Source: Arenicellales bacterium (GTDB lineage Bacteria; Pseudomonadota; Gammaproteobacteria; Arenicellales; CBDCFT01). Taken from it: DNA of 64,000 nt. The notes under the pieces are model-generated. The model searched no databases and was not told the DNA's origin. It was given only the letters and a program-made list of their open reading frames with translations. The translations under genes and the position numbers were made by a program. Where the stretch lies: positions 4,725,628 to 4,789,627 of the forward strand of contig OZ244198.1 in assembly GCA_965216735.1 (NCBI GenBank), given 5' to 3'. Positions 1-9,274 of the stretch are shown here, in pieces. The first letter of the stretch is position 1; the number at the start of each line of letters is the position of its first letter.

Positions 1-927
1 GAACTTTCCCCTTCCTCCCAGCATTAAACGCCCGGTATCGTCGATACGAAAATAGATAAGCAAACGTTTGGTGTCCGCGACAGCCTGTCCTCTAGGAAGA
101 ATCGTTTCCTGCATCGTTGCGGGCAACGGTTCGGTCGCAACTTGGTAGCTAAATGCTGGAATGACACTGGTTTTTAATCCTGACCAGAGCTGATCGGTAT
201 AGGCGTTAGTGCACAGTAAAACATTATGCGCATTAACGGATCCCGTTTGCGTCAGTACTTGCCAGCGGCGGTTTTTTTTCCGCAATGATTTTGCTGGCGA
301 GTGTGTGTAAATCGCAGCGCCACACCCATGCGCGGCGGCGGCCAAACCACGCGCGTAGGAAAGCGGTTGTAGTTTTCCACCACGTGCATCCAGCAATCCA
401 CCCGCATAGCAATTTGTACCGAGCAACTCAGCGACTTGCGTTTCGTCAATCCATTCCACGTTGGCACCGTAACCTTGCCAATCCTTCGCCAACGCTTCCA
501 GGGCTGGACGCATTTTGCGGTGGTGGGCCGCTTGCATCCAGCCGTGGCGTTCGGCATGACAATCGATATCGTATTTTTCAATAAGATCGAAAACCAAATC
601 GGGTGCGATACCGGCAAAGGTAATCAGCCGGTCAGCGTATTCAAGGGGGATTTTTCGTTTGACTTCCGCCGGTGTGATCTTGAACCCCGGAACGACTTGA
701 CCACCGTTACGACCCGAAGCACCCCAACCGGGTTCAACGGACTCCAGCACGACGACCTTGGTTCCGCTTTCCGCTATATGTAACGCCGCGGACAGACCGG
801 TGAACCCGGCTCCCACGATACATACCTCACAATCGATGTCTTGCTTCAGTGTCGGATAGTCAGTTGCCGGAATAGCCGTGGCGGCCCATAACGAGTCGGG
901 TAACTGGGTCGTATTGTCAGTGTTCAT
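1..927 (-). CDS. FAD-dependent oxidoreductase (DAO family), N-terminal part; gene continues past the window's left edge
   Basis: Absent from the ORF track because it runs off the edge. My translation of the minus strand from the ATG at 927 gives MNTDNTTQLPDSLWAATAIPATDYPTLKQDIDCEVCIVGAGFTGLSAALHIAESGTKVVVLE... This contains a GxGxxG Rossmann motif, and the frame stays open to position 1. Confidence 0.75.
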   Translation of the reverse strand, partial: MNTDNTTQLPDSLWAATAIPATDYPTLKQDIDCEVCIVGAGFTGLSAALHIAESGTKVVVLESVEPGWGASGRNGGQVVPGFKITPAEVKRKIPLEYADRLITFAGIAPDLVFDLIEKYDIDCHAERHGWMQAAHHRKMRPALEALAKDWQGYGANVEWIDETQVAELLGTNCYAGGLLDARGGKLQPLSYARGLAAAAHGCGAAIYTHSPAKSLRKKNRRWQVLTQTGSVNAHNVLLCTNAYTDQLWSGLKTSVIPAFSYQVATEPLPATMQETILPRGQAVADTKRLLIYFRIDDTGRLMLGGRGKF

Positions 928-966
928 AACAGTCGGGTTCTATCCGCGATCATCGGTGGTTTTCCG

Positions 967-1299
967 TTAAGTGGCAGGAATTTGACTGTCAATGCTACCG
1001 GCCGCCGCCGCTTCCTGATTGCCGTTATTGGCACCGACAGTTTCCACCAGCACCCGGCGTGGTGCGAACTGCAGACCTTTTTCGGCAAACGCTTCTTGGA
1101 TACGCCGAAACGATGAGCGGAATTGTTGCAGATTGCCGTGAAAGCCACCGACCATCCCCTCTTGTTCGTTGGTGGTTTCCGTGGTCTGTTTTTCCCAGCT
1201 ATCGAGTATGAGTTGGCGCACCTGAGCGTCGTTCAATTTCGCCAGTAACTCGCGGCGCTCTTCGGGTGTCAAGGTTTCCAGGTCGATGGCAACTAACAT
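967..1299 (-). CDS. hypothetical protein (110 aa), co-directional with and upstream of the oxidoreductase
   Basis: ORF track entry. It sits 40 bp upstream of the next minus-strand gene. No motif recognised. Confidence 0.4.
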   Translation of the reverse strand: MLVAIDLETLTPEERRELLAKLNDAQVRQLILDSWEKQTTETTNEQEGMVGGFHGNLQQFRSSFRRIQEAFAEKGLQFAPRRVLVETVGANNGNQEAAAAGSIDSQIPAT

Positions 1300-1512
1300 C
1301 AGTTCGCTTTCCGGTGAAGCAATATTCAGCGTCGACTACGCCGTGGCGATAGGGCCCGGAAAGATCGCCGTCAAAACGAACAAAAGGCCGGCTACCCGAA
1401 GGATACTTGCAAGACAAGATTGCATAATTTTTCTATTGCTCTGGTAACGATTTACCTGCGGTCATTGTAGACTAACAAGCGCACGTTTGAATCAAAATAC
1501 CGTCATGCCCTA

Positions 1513-2832
1513 GTGAACAAAATGACGCAAGAACAAAAGGTTGATTTGGCACAAAGCACAGAGGTCGTCGTTATTGGTGGTGGTATTGTAGGAAGCACCA
1601 CAGCGTACTTTCTGGCCAAGCAAAATGTTCCGGTCGTGTTATGCGAAAAAGGTGTGATAGCAGGAGAACAGTCGAGCCGCAATTGGGGGTTTGTGCGGCA
1701 ACAGGGCAGAGATCCGGCGGAAGTGCCATTAATGATGGAATGCAATCGTATGTGGCAAAACTTTGAACAAGAACTTGGAGAGGACCTCGATTGGATACAA
1801 GGCGGTAACTTGTATCTGGCAGATAGCGAGGAAAAAATGGCGGCGTTTGAAGCGTGGATCGAAATCGCCAAAGTAAACGATCTCGACACGCATTTGCTTA
1901 GCATGACCGAGGTTAAACAACTTATTCCGGGCATTTCCGGTAAATGGCACGGCGGTGTTTACACGCGCAGTGACGGACAGGCCGAACCTGCGAAGGTCGC
2001 GCCGGCATTTGCCAGGGTCGCGCAAAGTAAAGGTGCGAATGTGTATGAGCAATGCGCCGTGTTTGCAATCGATACTCACAATGGTGCAGTGTGTGGTGTA
2101 GAAACCGAACGGGGTTATATCAAGTGCAATTCCGTCATTTGTGCAACAGGCGCCTGGACCGGACGCATGGCGAAGTCAATGGGTGAAACAGTACCGATGA
2201 TGTGGATGCGTGGTTCAGTGGCGAACACTGAATGTGTCGAACCTATTAGTTCGGCTGGGATCTGGGCCAACATAGGCATACGCCAATGCCGTGACGGAAG
2301 TATCAATATCGCTGACGGCGAACAGTCGGATCACGACGTCAGTTTTCAAACCCTGTTGAGTGGCAGTTGGTTTTATAAAAGTTACTCGAAGTATAAGAAG
2401 GAAATAGAACTACACTTTGGCAAACCAATGTTGGACGAGATTTCCCGTTTCTTATCCGGTAAGGGAAGTCTGCGCAACGATTTGGTTAACCGCAGAACCC
2501 TTGATCCGCAACCGAACGGCAAACGTCTAGGCCACGCCTTGGCGCAATTAAAAGCGTTGTTCCCAGCGGTGGGTAATTCTGGTATCCGGCGTCGCTGGGC
2601 AGGTTATATCGATTTTACGCCGGATATGATTCCTGTCATTGGACTCGCGCTGAACACTGAGAACTTAATTTTTACCGCCGGTCTGAGCGGGCATGGATTT
2701 GGGCTTGGTCCCATGGTGGGACGACTGGCTGCGGAGCTGGTCACTAAGGGCGAGACATCAATGGATATCAGCGAATTTTCCATGCGACGTTTTGTTGATG
2801 GATCAAAGCTGGAACCTCGGAACGTGATTTAA
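1513..2832 (+). CDS. FAD-dependent oxidoreductase (DAO / sarcosine-oxidase-beta-like)
   Basis: N-terminal VVVIGGGIVGSTTAYFLAKQN dinucleotide-binding motif. The 439-aa length is typical of the family. Confidence 0.8.
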   Translation: MNKMTQEQKVDLAQSTEVVVIGGGIVGSTTAYFLAKQNVPVVLCEKGVIAGEQSSRNWGFVRQQGRDPAEVPLMMECNRMWQNFEQELGEDLDWIQGGNLYLADSEEKMAAFEAWIEIAKVNDLDTHLLSMTEVKQLIPGISGKWHGGVYTRSDGQAEPAKVAPAFARVAQSKGANVYEQCAVFAIDTHNGAVCGVETERGYIKCNSVICATGAWTGRMAKSMGETVPMMWMRGSVANTECVEPISSAGIWANIGIRQCRDGSINIADGEQSDHDVSFQTLLSGSWFYKSYSKYKKEIELHFGKPMLDEISRFLSGKGSLRNDLVNRRTLDPQPNGKRLGHALAQLKALFPAVGNSGIRRRWAGYIDFTPDMIPVIGLALNTENLIFTAGLSGHGFGLGPMVGRLAAELVTKGETSMDISEFSMRRFVDGSKLEPRNVI

Positions 2833-2940
2833 GGTTTGCGAATAAGCGCTTTCAATCCCTTTTGCATCTCTCCAAGCGTGGCTTAATATGATGTTAAGCA
2901 CTGAGTTATTAGTGTTCATTTACGCAAACGAAAATAGGGC

Positions 2941-5040
2941 ATGAATACCCGCCATCCACTCGATCCTTTGCTCGCACCACGATCAATTGCCATCGTCGGT
3001 GCATCACGGCGTCCGAAATCGTCCGGTAACGATATGGTTTGTGCTCCCTTACGTGAGGGATTTGAAGGCGCGATTTATCCGGTCAATCCAAAATACGATG
3101 AAATCGAAGGCCTAAAGTGCTACGCGAGCTTGGATGAGATACCGGAAACGGTGGAGCACGTTGTATTAGGTGTCTCTAATGAACGGCTCGAAGCAACGCT
3201 GCAACAGGCGATTGATCACGGGGCCAAGGCAGTTACGATTTTTGCGAGTTGTTATTTACCCGACGATACAACGCCAAATTTAAAACAACGACTCGGCGCG
3301 ATGGCGCGAAACGCGAACATACCGTTGTGTGGCGGGAATGGAATGGGTTTCGCCAATCCCTCCCAACATTTGCAAATTGCCGCATTCCCCACCGCTAACC
3401 GTTGTATGCAGCCAGGTCATATTACCTGGATTGCGCAATCGGGTTCGGTATTCGGGGCGCTCGCATACAACGATCCGCAACTTAAGTTTAATCTCTGTGT
3501 TTCCAGTGGCGCGGAGATGGTGACGACGTGTTCAGACTATATGGATTGGGCGCTCGCGCAATCGTCGACGCGGGTAATTGGCATGTTCATCGAGTCGGTG
3601 CGTGATCCGGATGGTTTTCGAAAAGCGCTGGCAGCAGCGGCTGACAAATCGATTCCGGTGGTCATACTAAAAACCGGTAGAACGCAAGCCAGCGCTGCCA
3701 TGGCCTTGACACACACTGGGGCCATTGCCGGCCGGGACTCTACCTACCAAGCATTATTCGATAGATACGGCGTCATTCGGGTCGACACATTGGATGAAAT
3801 GGCGGGAGTGTTACTGGCATTTTCTCAACCACGCCGCGCCGGTAGTGGGGGACTCGTATCCATTCACGATTCCGGTGGCGAGTGTGAAATGCTGTTGGAC
3901 AACGCCGCTGAATTAGACGTGCCCGTCGCATCCATTAGCGATTCAACGCGCGGTACTTTAGGCCGGCAACTCGATCCGGGTTTGGAACCGGTTAATCCAC
4001 TGGATGCATGGGGCAGTGGGCGCAACGCGGCGGCGATATTCGAAAATTGTTTGAACGCACTGTTACAGGATAACGATGCGGCAGCGGGTCTGATCGTATC
4101 GGACTTGCGCGACGGTCATTGGCATCACGAGGATATGGTGTCCGTTGCGCGTGCCGCCGTTAAAAAAACCTATAAACCGTTGTTATTTGCCACCAATTAC
4201 TCGAATCTTCTGAACAATGAAATCACTTCACCACTGATTGGTGACGGTATTCCCGTTATCAATGGGACGCGCGAAGCTTTGGTTGCAGTAAAGGCTTTGT
4301 TGGCTTACCGGGATTTTTTGGCCCGGCCGCACGCAACATCTACAGTGATCCAGTCGAATTACAATATAGACAAGTGGCGGAAAACCTTATGCAAGACTCC
4401 CCGTCTCGACGAACAACAGTCCTTGGTTTTATTGGATGAATTCGATATTCCAGTGGTTGCGCATCGCGTTGTACAAGACCGTGACACGGCATTAAAGGTT
4501 GCCAAGGAAATGGAATTCCCGCTAGTAGTGAAGACAGCAGCGCCCGGTGTAGGGCATAAGACAGACGTTGGTGGGGTCAAACTGAATATTCAAAATGAAC
4601 AGGAATTGGTGACCGCCTACGATGAGCTGCGAGAAAAATTTGGTAATGAAGTAATGATCATGTCAATGCTGAAAGGGGGTGTTGAATTCGGTTTAGGTGT
4701 ACAAAACGATGCGCAATTCGGCCCCGTCATCATGGTTTGCGCGGGTGGCGTCGCTATTGAGATGATGGACGACCGGAGCTTTGCATTGGCACCGTGTGAC
4801 ACTTGCGCCGCCGAACGCATGTTGGGACGTCTTAAGGTATCCCGTTTTCTAGATGGAATACGCGGCGGCAAACCCTTGGATAGAAATGCGTTGGTAGAGA
4901 TTATCGTCAAAGTTTCGTTAATGGCCGAAGAACTGCGAAATGAAATCGAGGAGATTGATATCAACCCGGTGATCGTGTTGCCGGCGGGCGGTTATGCTGT
5001 CGATGCTTTGGTTGTCGCTAAACCAAACCCTCACGAATGA
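2941..5040 (+). CDS. ADP-forming acyl-CoA synthetase (acetate--CoA ligase family; fused CoA-binding, ligase and ATP-grasp parts)
   Basis: 699 aa. N-terminal CoA-binding pattern PRSIAIVGASRRP. C-terminal ATP-grasp-like region FPLVVKTAAPGVGHKTDVGGVKLNI. Confidence 0.8.
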   Translation: MNTRHPLDPLLAPRSIAIVGASRRPKSSGNDMVCAPLREGFEGAIYPVNPKYDEIEGLKCYASLDEIPETVEHVVLGVSNERLEATLQQAIDHGAKAVTIFASCYLPDDTTPNLKQRLGAMARNANIPLCGGNGMGFANPSQHLQIAAFPTANRCMQPGHITWIAQSGSVFGALAYNDPQLKFNLCVSSGAEMVTTCSDYMDWALAQSSTRVIGMFIESVRDPDGFRKALAAAADKSIPVVILKTGRTQASAAMALTHTGAIAGRDSTYQALFDRYGVIRVDTLDEMAGVLLAFSQPRRAGSGGLVSIHDSGGECEMLLDNAAELDVPVASISDSTRGTLGRQLDPGLEPVNPLDAWGSGRNAAAIFENCLNALLQDNDAAAGLIVSDLRDGHWHHEDMVSVARAAVKKTYKPLLFATNYSNLLNNEITSPLIGDGIPVINGTREALVAVKALLAYRDFLARPHATSTVIQSNYNIDKWRKTLCKTPRLDEQQSLVLLDEFDIPVVAHRVVQDRDTALKVAKEMEFPLVVKTAAPGVGHKTDVGGVKLNIQNEQELVTAYDELREKFGNEVMIMSMLKGGVEFGLGVQNDAQFGPVIMVCAGGVAIEMMDDRSFALAPCDTCAAERMLGRLKVSRFLDGIRGGKPLDRNALVEIIVKVSLMAEELRNEIEEIDINPVIVLPAGGYAVDALVVAKPNPHE

Positions 5041-5049
5041 AATAGGCCG

Positions 5050-6216
5050 GTGGACTTAAAACTCACTCAATCTGAAAGGGATTTACGACAAACAGCACAG
5101 GATTTTTGTGATCAGGTATTACTACCATATGAACTGGTGGTAGAACAAAACCAGGGTTTACCGCCAGCTTCGCGACCCGCGGTCCGCAAGCAAGTCGTCG
5201 AATGGGGATTAGCGGCAATCAATCATGAAAAGCAGCACGGCGGTCAAGGTTTGTCTATGTTTGAACAAACATTAGTGAACGAACAACTGGGCCGGGCAAC
5301 TAACGGTTTGTGGACGGCGGTGTGGCAACCGGCGATTTGTTTGAAACAGGGAACGACGGAGCAAATCGAAGATTATTTAAAACCGTGCTGTCGTGGGGAA
5401 CGACGCGGTTGTTATGCCATTACCGAGCCGCAAGCAGGGTCCGATCCACGCCGGGTGCAAACCAGTGCCGTTTTGAAAAACGGCAGGTACGTTGTTAATG
5501 GCGAGAAGTGGTTTGTGACCTCATTCAACGCCAGCGACTTTATTATTTTGCATGCCCATGTCGACGGTGATCCCGATCAACCGACCTTGTTTTTGGTCGA
5601 TCGCGCTACGCCCGGCATAAGACATATTCGCTCACCGCATTTTATGCATACCTACATTTTCGATCACGCCGAACTCGCGTTTGAGAATGCGAAGGTCGAG
5701 CCGTCTTGCATGTTAGGTGAAATCGGCCAGGGATTTGAGCTAACCAAGGATTGGTTTGTGGAAACACGCTTGCAAATCGCCGCCCATTGTATCGGAGCGG
5801 CGGCCCGCGCAGCGGAAATAGCGAATGATTACGCCAGCGAACGCGTCCAATTCGATCGTGCGATTCGCGAGTTTCAGGCCATCGAGTTCATGTTGGCCGA
5901 TATGGCAACGGAAATCATGGCGGCCAAGTCATTGGTCTACCGAATAGCGGCTGAAATCGACGACGGAATGGATCGCAAACTCGTGCATGCCCGGGCCAGT
6001 GTGGGAAAACTGCACTGCTCGGAAATGGCGGGCCGGGTTGTGGACAAGGCCTTACAAATTCTAGGGGGCCGCGGTTATATGCGTGACAACCCGGTGGAAC
6101 GTTTGTATCGCGATTTACGGGTGGACCGGATTTGGGAAGGGACTTCCGAAATTCAGCGGGCCATTATTGGGGGACAAATCAAAAAGCGAGGATTGGATAT
6201 TTTTACGGGATGGTAA
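5050..6216 (+). CDS. acyl-CoA dehydrogenase
   Basis: 388 aa. ACAD signatures: CYAITEPQAGSDP, QILGGRGY and a C-terminal IWEGTSEIQR. Confidence 0.85.
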   Translation: MDLKLTQSERDLRQTAQDFCDQVLLPYELVVEQNQGLPPASRPAVRKQVVEWGLAAINHEKQHGGQGLSMFEQTLVNEQLGRATNGLWTAVWQPAICLKQGTTEQIEDYLKPCCRGERRGCYAITEPQAGSDPRRVQTSAVLKNGRYVVNGEKWFVTSFNASDFIILHAHVDGDPDQPTLFLVDRATPGIRHIRSPHFMHTYIFDHAELAFENAKVEPSCMLGEIGQGFELTKDWFVETRLQIAAHCIGAAARAAEIANDYASERVQFDRAIREFQAIEFMLADMATEIMAAKSLVYRIAAEIDDGMDRKLVHARASVGKLHCSEMAGRVVDKALQILGGRGYMRDNPVERLYRDLRVDRIWEGTSEIQRAIIGGQIKKRGLDIFTGW

Positions 6217-6254
6217 GTTTCTGACTTAAAAAGCATCTTGTTCCACATCGTTTA

Positions 6255-6270
6255 TGTGAGTTAGTTCACA
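6255..6270. promoter_or_regulatory. CRP/FNR-family-type palindrome TGTGA-GTTAGT-TCACA
   Basis: Both half-sites are perfect. TACGAT at 6292-6297 sits at the spacing expected for the -10 of a class II (-41.5) promoter reading rightward. Confidence 0.55.
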
Positions 6271-6323
6271 GTAATTGAAGTCACTTGTCTGTACGATGAA
6301 GTTTCGAATAAGGAGTACGGGCA

Positions 6324-6521
6324 ATGCAACAACGACACAATATTCAGGAATCCAGGCGTCACTGCGAAGACCCGTACTTTGTATATGGTCTGAATCATCC
6401 CTGTAACGGCATGTACCGGGATGATGTCAGTGTTAGTGAGGATTCATATTTAGATGAAAAACCCACAAACTTGAATGTGTATGATATGAATCGACAAACC
6501 CAATCAACCAAAGGAATCTGA
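6324..6521 (+). CDS. small hypothetical protein (65 aa)
   Basis: AAGGAG at 6310-6315, 8 nt before the ATG. It lies directly downstream of the CRP-like site. No homology recognised. Confidence 0.35.
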   Translation: MQQRHNIQESRRHCEDPYFVYGLNHPCNGMYRDDVSVSEDSYLDEKPTNLNVYDMNRQTQSTKGI

Positions 6522-6876
6522 ACCTCATCCCAGTGATCGTTTGTAAACATACAATCGTTATTAAGGGGAAATTACCATGCAAAGGATGCAATCGTTTACC
6601 CAACAACGAGGTTTTTTAGTGTAGGCATAGGTCTACTATTACTGGCCGTGTTTGGCGGTATCACCGCCGGCACCGACGGCAAAACCCGATACGATAAGCA
6701 AGTCGCCGCAACGGTTGAATCACAATCAGCGATAGATTCTGCGGCTCATTTCACGCAAGTCGACGGAAAATAAACTTTGAAAGTAACCGTAAGGCGGGTT
6801 AGCGCCGCATAATCTTCCTTACAACAAGATCAGCCGTGTGAGCGATATTGTCTCTCATCATAGCGCACAGCGCCTC

Positions 6877-9249
6877 TCACCGCGCACAGCGAAAACCCAC
6901 CATGGATAACGCGAAGTGGGGTGGGTTTGCGTGGCGCAATGTAGTGCGTAATCCCCAGGGGTTGTTACCCCAACCGCCACCACGAATCACTTTTTCTTCA
7001 GCCATTTCACGATTTACCGGATCTTGTTTTGGTGAGCGCGAATAGAATGTTGGGTCAAAACTGTCTTCGACCCATTCCCACACATTTCCGGTCATATCCT
7101 CGGCGTCAAACGCTGACGACCCTGAAGGAAAACTGCCGACAGGTGCTGTGTAAAGATAGCCATCATGGTCATCCGCAGCGCAACAAGCATCACTGCCGTA
7201 GGAAGCACGGAATGTGTTGTCATGGTTGGGAGATTGATTTCCCCAAGCGTATTCACGATCACCAATACCACGGGCTGCACGCTCCCATTCGGCCTCGGTT
7301 GGCAAGTGTTTACCACGCCACTCGCAATATGCATTGGCGTCATGCCAACTCACTTGTACTACGGGGTGATTTTCCAGTCCCTGAATAGAAGAGTCAGGGC
7401 CACGTGGATGTCTCCAAGTCGCTTGTTCGACTTGGTGCCACTTGTTTTCCCAATGCCATGCCTTGCCTGACTTCTCCGCGTCGGTAGTATGGCCGGTAAC
7501 GGCAGCGAAATAGGCAAACTCTTTGTTGGAGACTTCGTGGCGGTCGATGGAAAATTCGGAAACCGTGATCTTGTGCACCGGTTGCTCAGCATCTTCTCCG
7601 TCTTCCGAACCCATCATGAGTTCACCTGTGGTTATTCGAATCATTTCATCACTATGTTTTTGCCACCAAGCCTCCCACGCATCGAAGTCATAGCCAAAGC
7701 GGTTGCCAGTGAGATCAGACAGTGCACCCACAATATCGCCCTTCAACCAGAGCGGATCGTCGTCATTTGTCAATCGTCTAATCAACGCTTGAATCGTTGC
7801 ATCGTCCGATTGTGCAATGTCGCCAACGGTCACAATGGCACCGAGCAAGGGTTCAAAATATTTTTCGGCGTGATTGGATGGTCGTGTCCAATCACCGTTT
7901 AACAAATCAATCGGTACATCCCCATAGCCGTTCAAACTCATAGCCCACAGCAAATACCAACGGTTAATGGCTGGAACGTCGACTTTATGAGCGAATGTTT
8001 CCAATGTCGACGAGGGGGAATCCACTAACAACAATTTTGATAACGCGTTGCCGGCGTCTGCCCTTCGACTCAAAGCCAATGGTTGAAGGAATTTATCCAG
8101 GCTGTTGCGATGCTCTCTAAAGTTTGCAAATGAAGTTTGTAATGCGGTTGCCAATTCCGTGGTTAGAATCGCAATGTCGTTAACCGCTTGTTTTTGCGTC
8201 GTTAGGGACGGTGTTGTGGTGATGTTTTTACTATCGGTTAAGGATGCTTGTCCCCAAAGAGCGCCGCGATCATTGGGTCCCAGGGTGCCGACATAAACAC
8301 GATCATCAAAAACGACTAGATCCACCGGTTGTGTATTGTCAAATACCTGTTCGACAGTCCAGTGTTTGCCGTCAACACTGCGTAGTAGCTTGCCGCCGTT
8401 GTTGGCAGCACTGACAGCCCACATTTCACTTTTGCCCGTAGCAAACGCACGTATATTTTTATCGTCGAGTTCATCGACCCGTTGTACTTTGGCGCCATTG
8501 GTTCGCCACACTGACCGCTCGCCGTTTCGTGAGTTAACGGCATACAACCAACTGTTGAATTCAGTAAGTGCTGTGGTTGCTGTCCCTTCAGGCCATCCGC
8601 TGACTACTTGCATGGAGTTATTGACCCAACGCAACAACTTTGGTCCGGATTGACTGCGACTGGTAAGACCGGCGTAAAGGTTACTATTGAGTATTGTCAA
8701 ACTAGTGATGCGAGACACTTTTCCTTCGGGTGTCTCGTGATCATAAATCACCTCCCAAGCAAGTCCACCGTCAACGGAGCGTTGTAAACCGGCCCGCCAG
8801 GCCGACGTTGCCACATACAATTCATTGTTTGATTGAGCCATCGCGTGTGTATGGAAAACTTGTGCGGGAGCGAGTGTATTTTTAACCCATTCACGACCGT
8901 TGGTGACCGAGTATTCGCCACCACCGGTCGAAAACCGCGAATCTTCGTATGGCCAGTACAAAAGATCGTTGTGTACCACCGGTTCGCCGACATCCTGACT
9001 GAAGAGATGTTTTTCGTAACGTGTTGCGCCGGTTCGAGGGTTATAGCTGTAGAGATCGGCGGAATTGTGGTTTGTGAACTTGACACTATTGACGAACCAA
9101 ACACGATTGTCGTAGGCAACCAAATGGGAAATTGCGGGCCAAGGCCCGGGTTGTGACAAGATGACCAATGGTTCGGCGGTAAACGCATGCCCATTTAACA
9201 GAAACAGAATAGCAAACGGGGTAAACCGCCATGCAGTAAACTTGTGCAT
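6877..9249 (-). CDS. secreted protein with an N-terminal beta-propeller-like region and a C-terminal formylglycine-generating-enzyme (SUMF1/FGE) domain
   Basis: C-terminus reads HKITVSEFSIDRHEVSNKEFAYF ... RGGGWGNNP ... GFRCAR, typical of FGE-sulfatase domains. I chose the start at M24 (ATG 9249) because MHKFTAWRFTPFAILFLLNGHAFTAEP reads as a signal peptide and this start avoids overlap with the LysR gene. Confidence 0.8.
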   Translation of the reverse strand: MHKFTAWRFTPFAILFLLNGHAFTAEPLVILSQPGPWPAISHLVAYDNRVWFVNSVKFTNHNSADLYSYNPRTGATRYEKHLFSQDVGEPVVHNDLLYWPYEDSRFSTGGGEYSVTNGREWVKNTLAPAQVFHTHAMAQSNNELYVATSAWRAGLQRSVDGGLAWEVIYDHETPEGKVSRITSLTILNSNLYAGLTSRSQSGPKLLRWVNNSMQVVSGWPEGTATTALTEFNSWLYAVNSRNGERSVWRTNGAKVQRVDELDDKNIRAFATGKSEMWAVSAANNGGKLLRSVDGKHWTVEQVFDNTQPVDLVVFDDRVYVGTLGPNDRGALWGQASLTDSKNITTTPSLTTQKQAVNDIAILTTELATALQTSFANFREHRNSLDKFLQPLALSRRADAGNALSKLLLVDSPSSTLETFAHKVDVPAINRWYLLWAMSLNGYGDVPIDLLNGDWTRPSNHAEKYFEPLLGAIVTVGDIAQSDDATIQALIRRLTNDDDPLWLKGDIVGALSDLTGNRFGYDFDAWEAWWQKHSDEMIRITTGELMMGSEDGEDAEQPVHKITVSEFSIDRHEVSNKEFAYFAAVTGHTTDAEKSGKAWHWENKWHQVEQATWRHPRGPDSSIQGLENHPVVQVSWHDANAYCEWRGKHLPTEAEWERAARGIGDREYAWGNQSPNHDNTFRASYGSDACCAADDHDGYLYTAPVGSFPSGSSAFDAEDMTGNVWEWVEDSFDPTFYSRSPKQDPVNREMAEEKVIRGGGWGNNPWGLRTTLRHANPPHFALSMVGFRCAR

Positions 9250-9274
9250 AGACGGTTTTAGATAACGCTGGGTT

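Noticed and set aside
252-783. ORF-track entries 252..617(-), 285..584(+) and 436..783(+).
   Set aside because: They lie inside, and out of frame with or antisense to, the long edge-truncated minus-strand oxidoreductase gene (1..927), which has a clear GxGxxG N-terminus.
7029-9194. Numerous 60-150-aa ORFs on both strands within 7029..9194.
   Set aside because: All are nested in the 2.4-kb FGE-domain gene and lack independent support.
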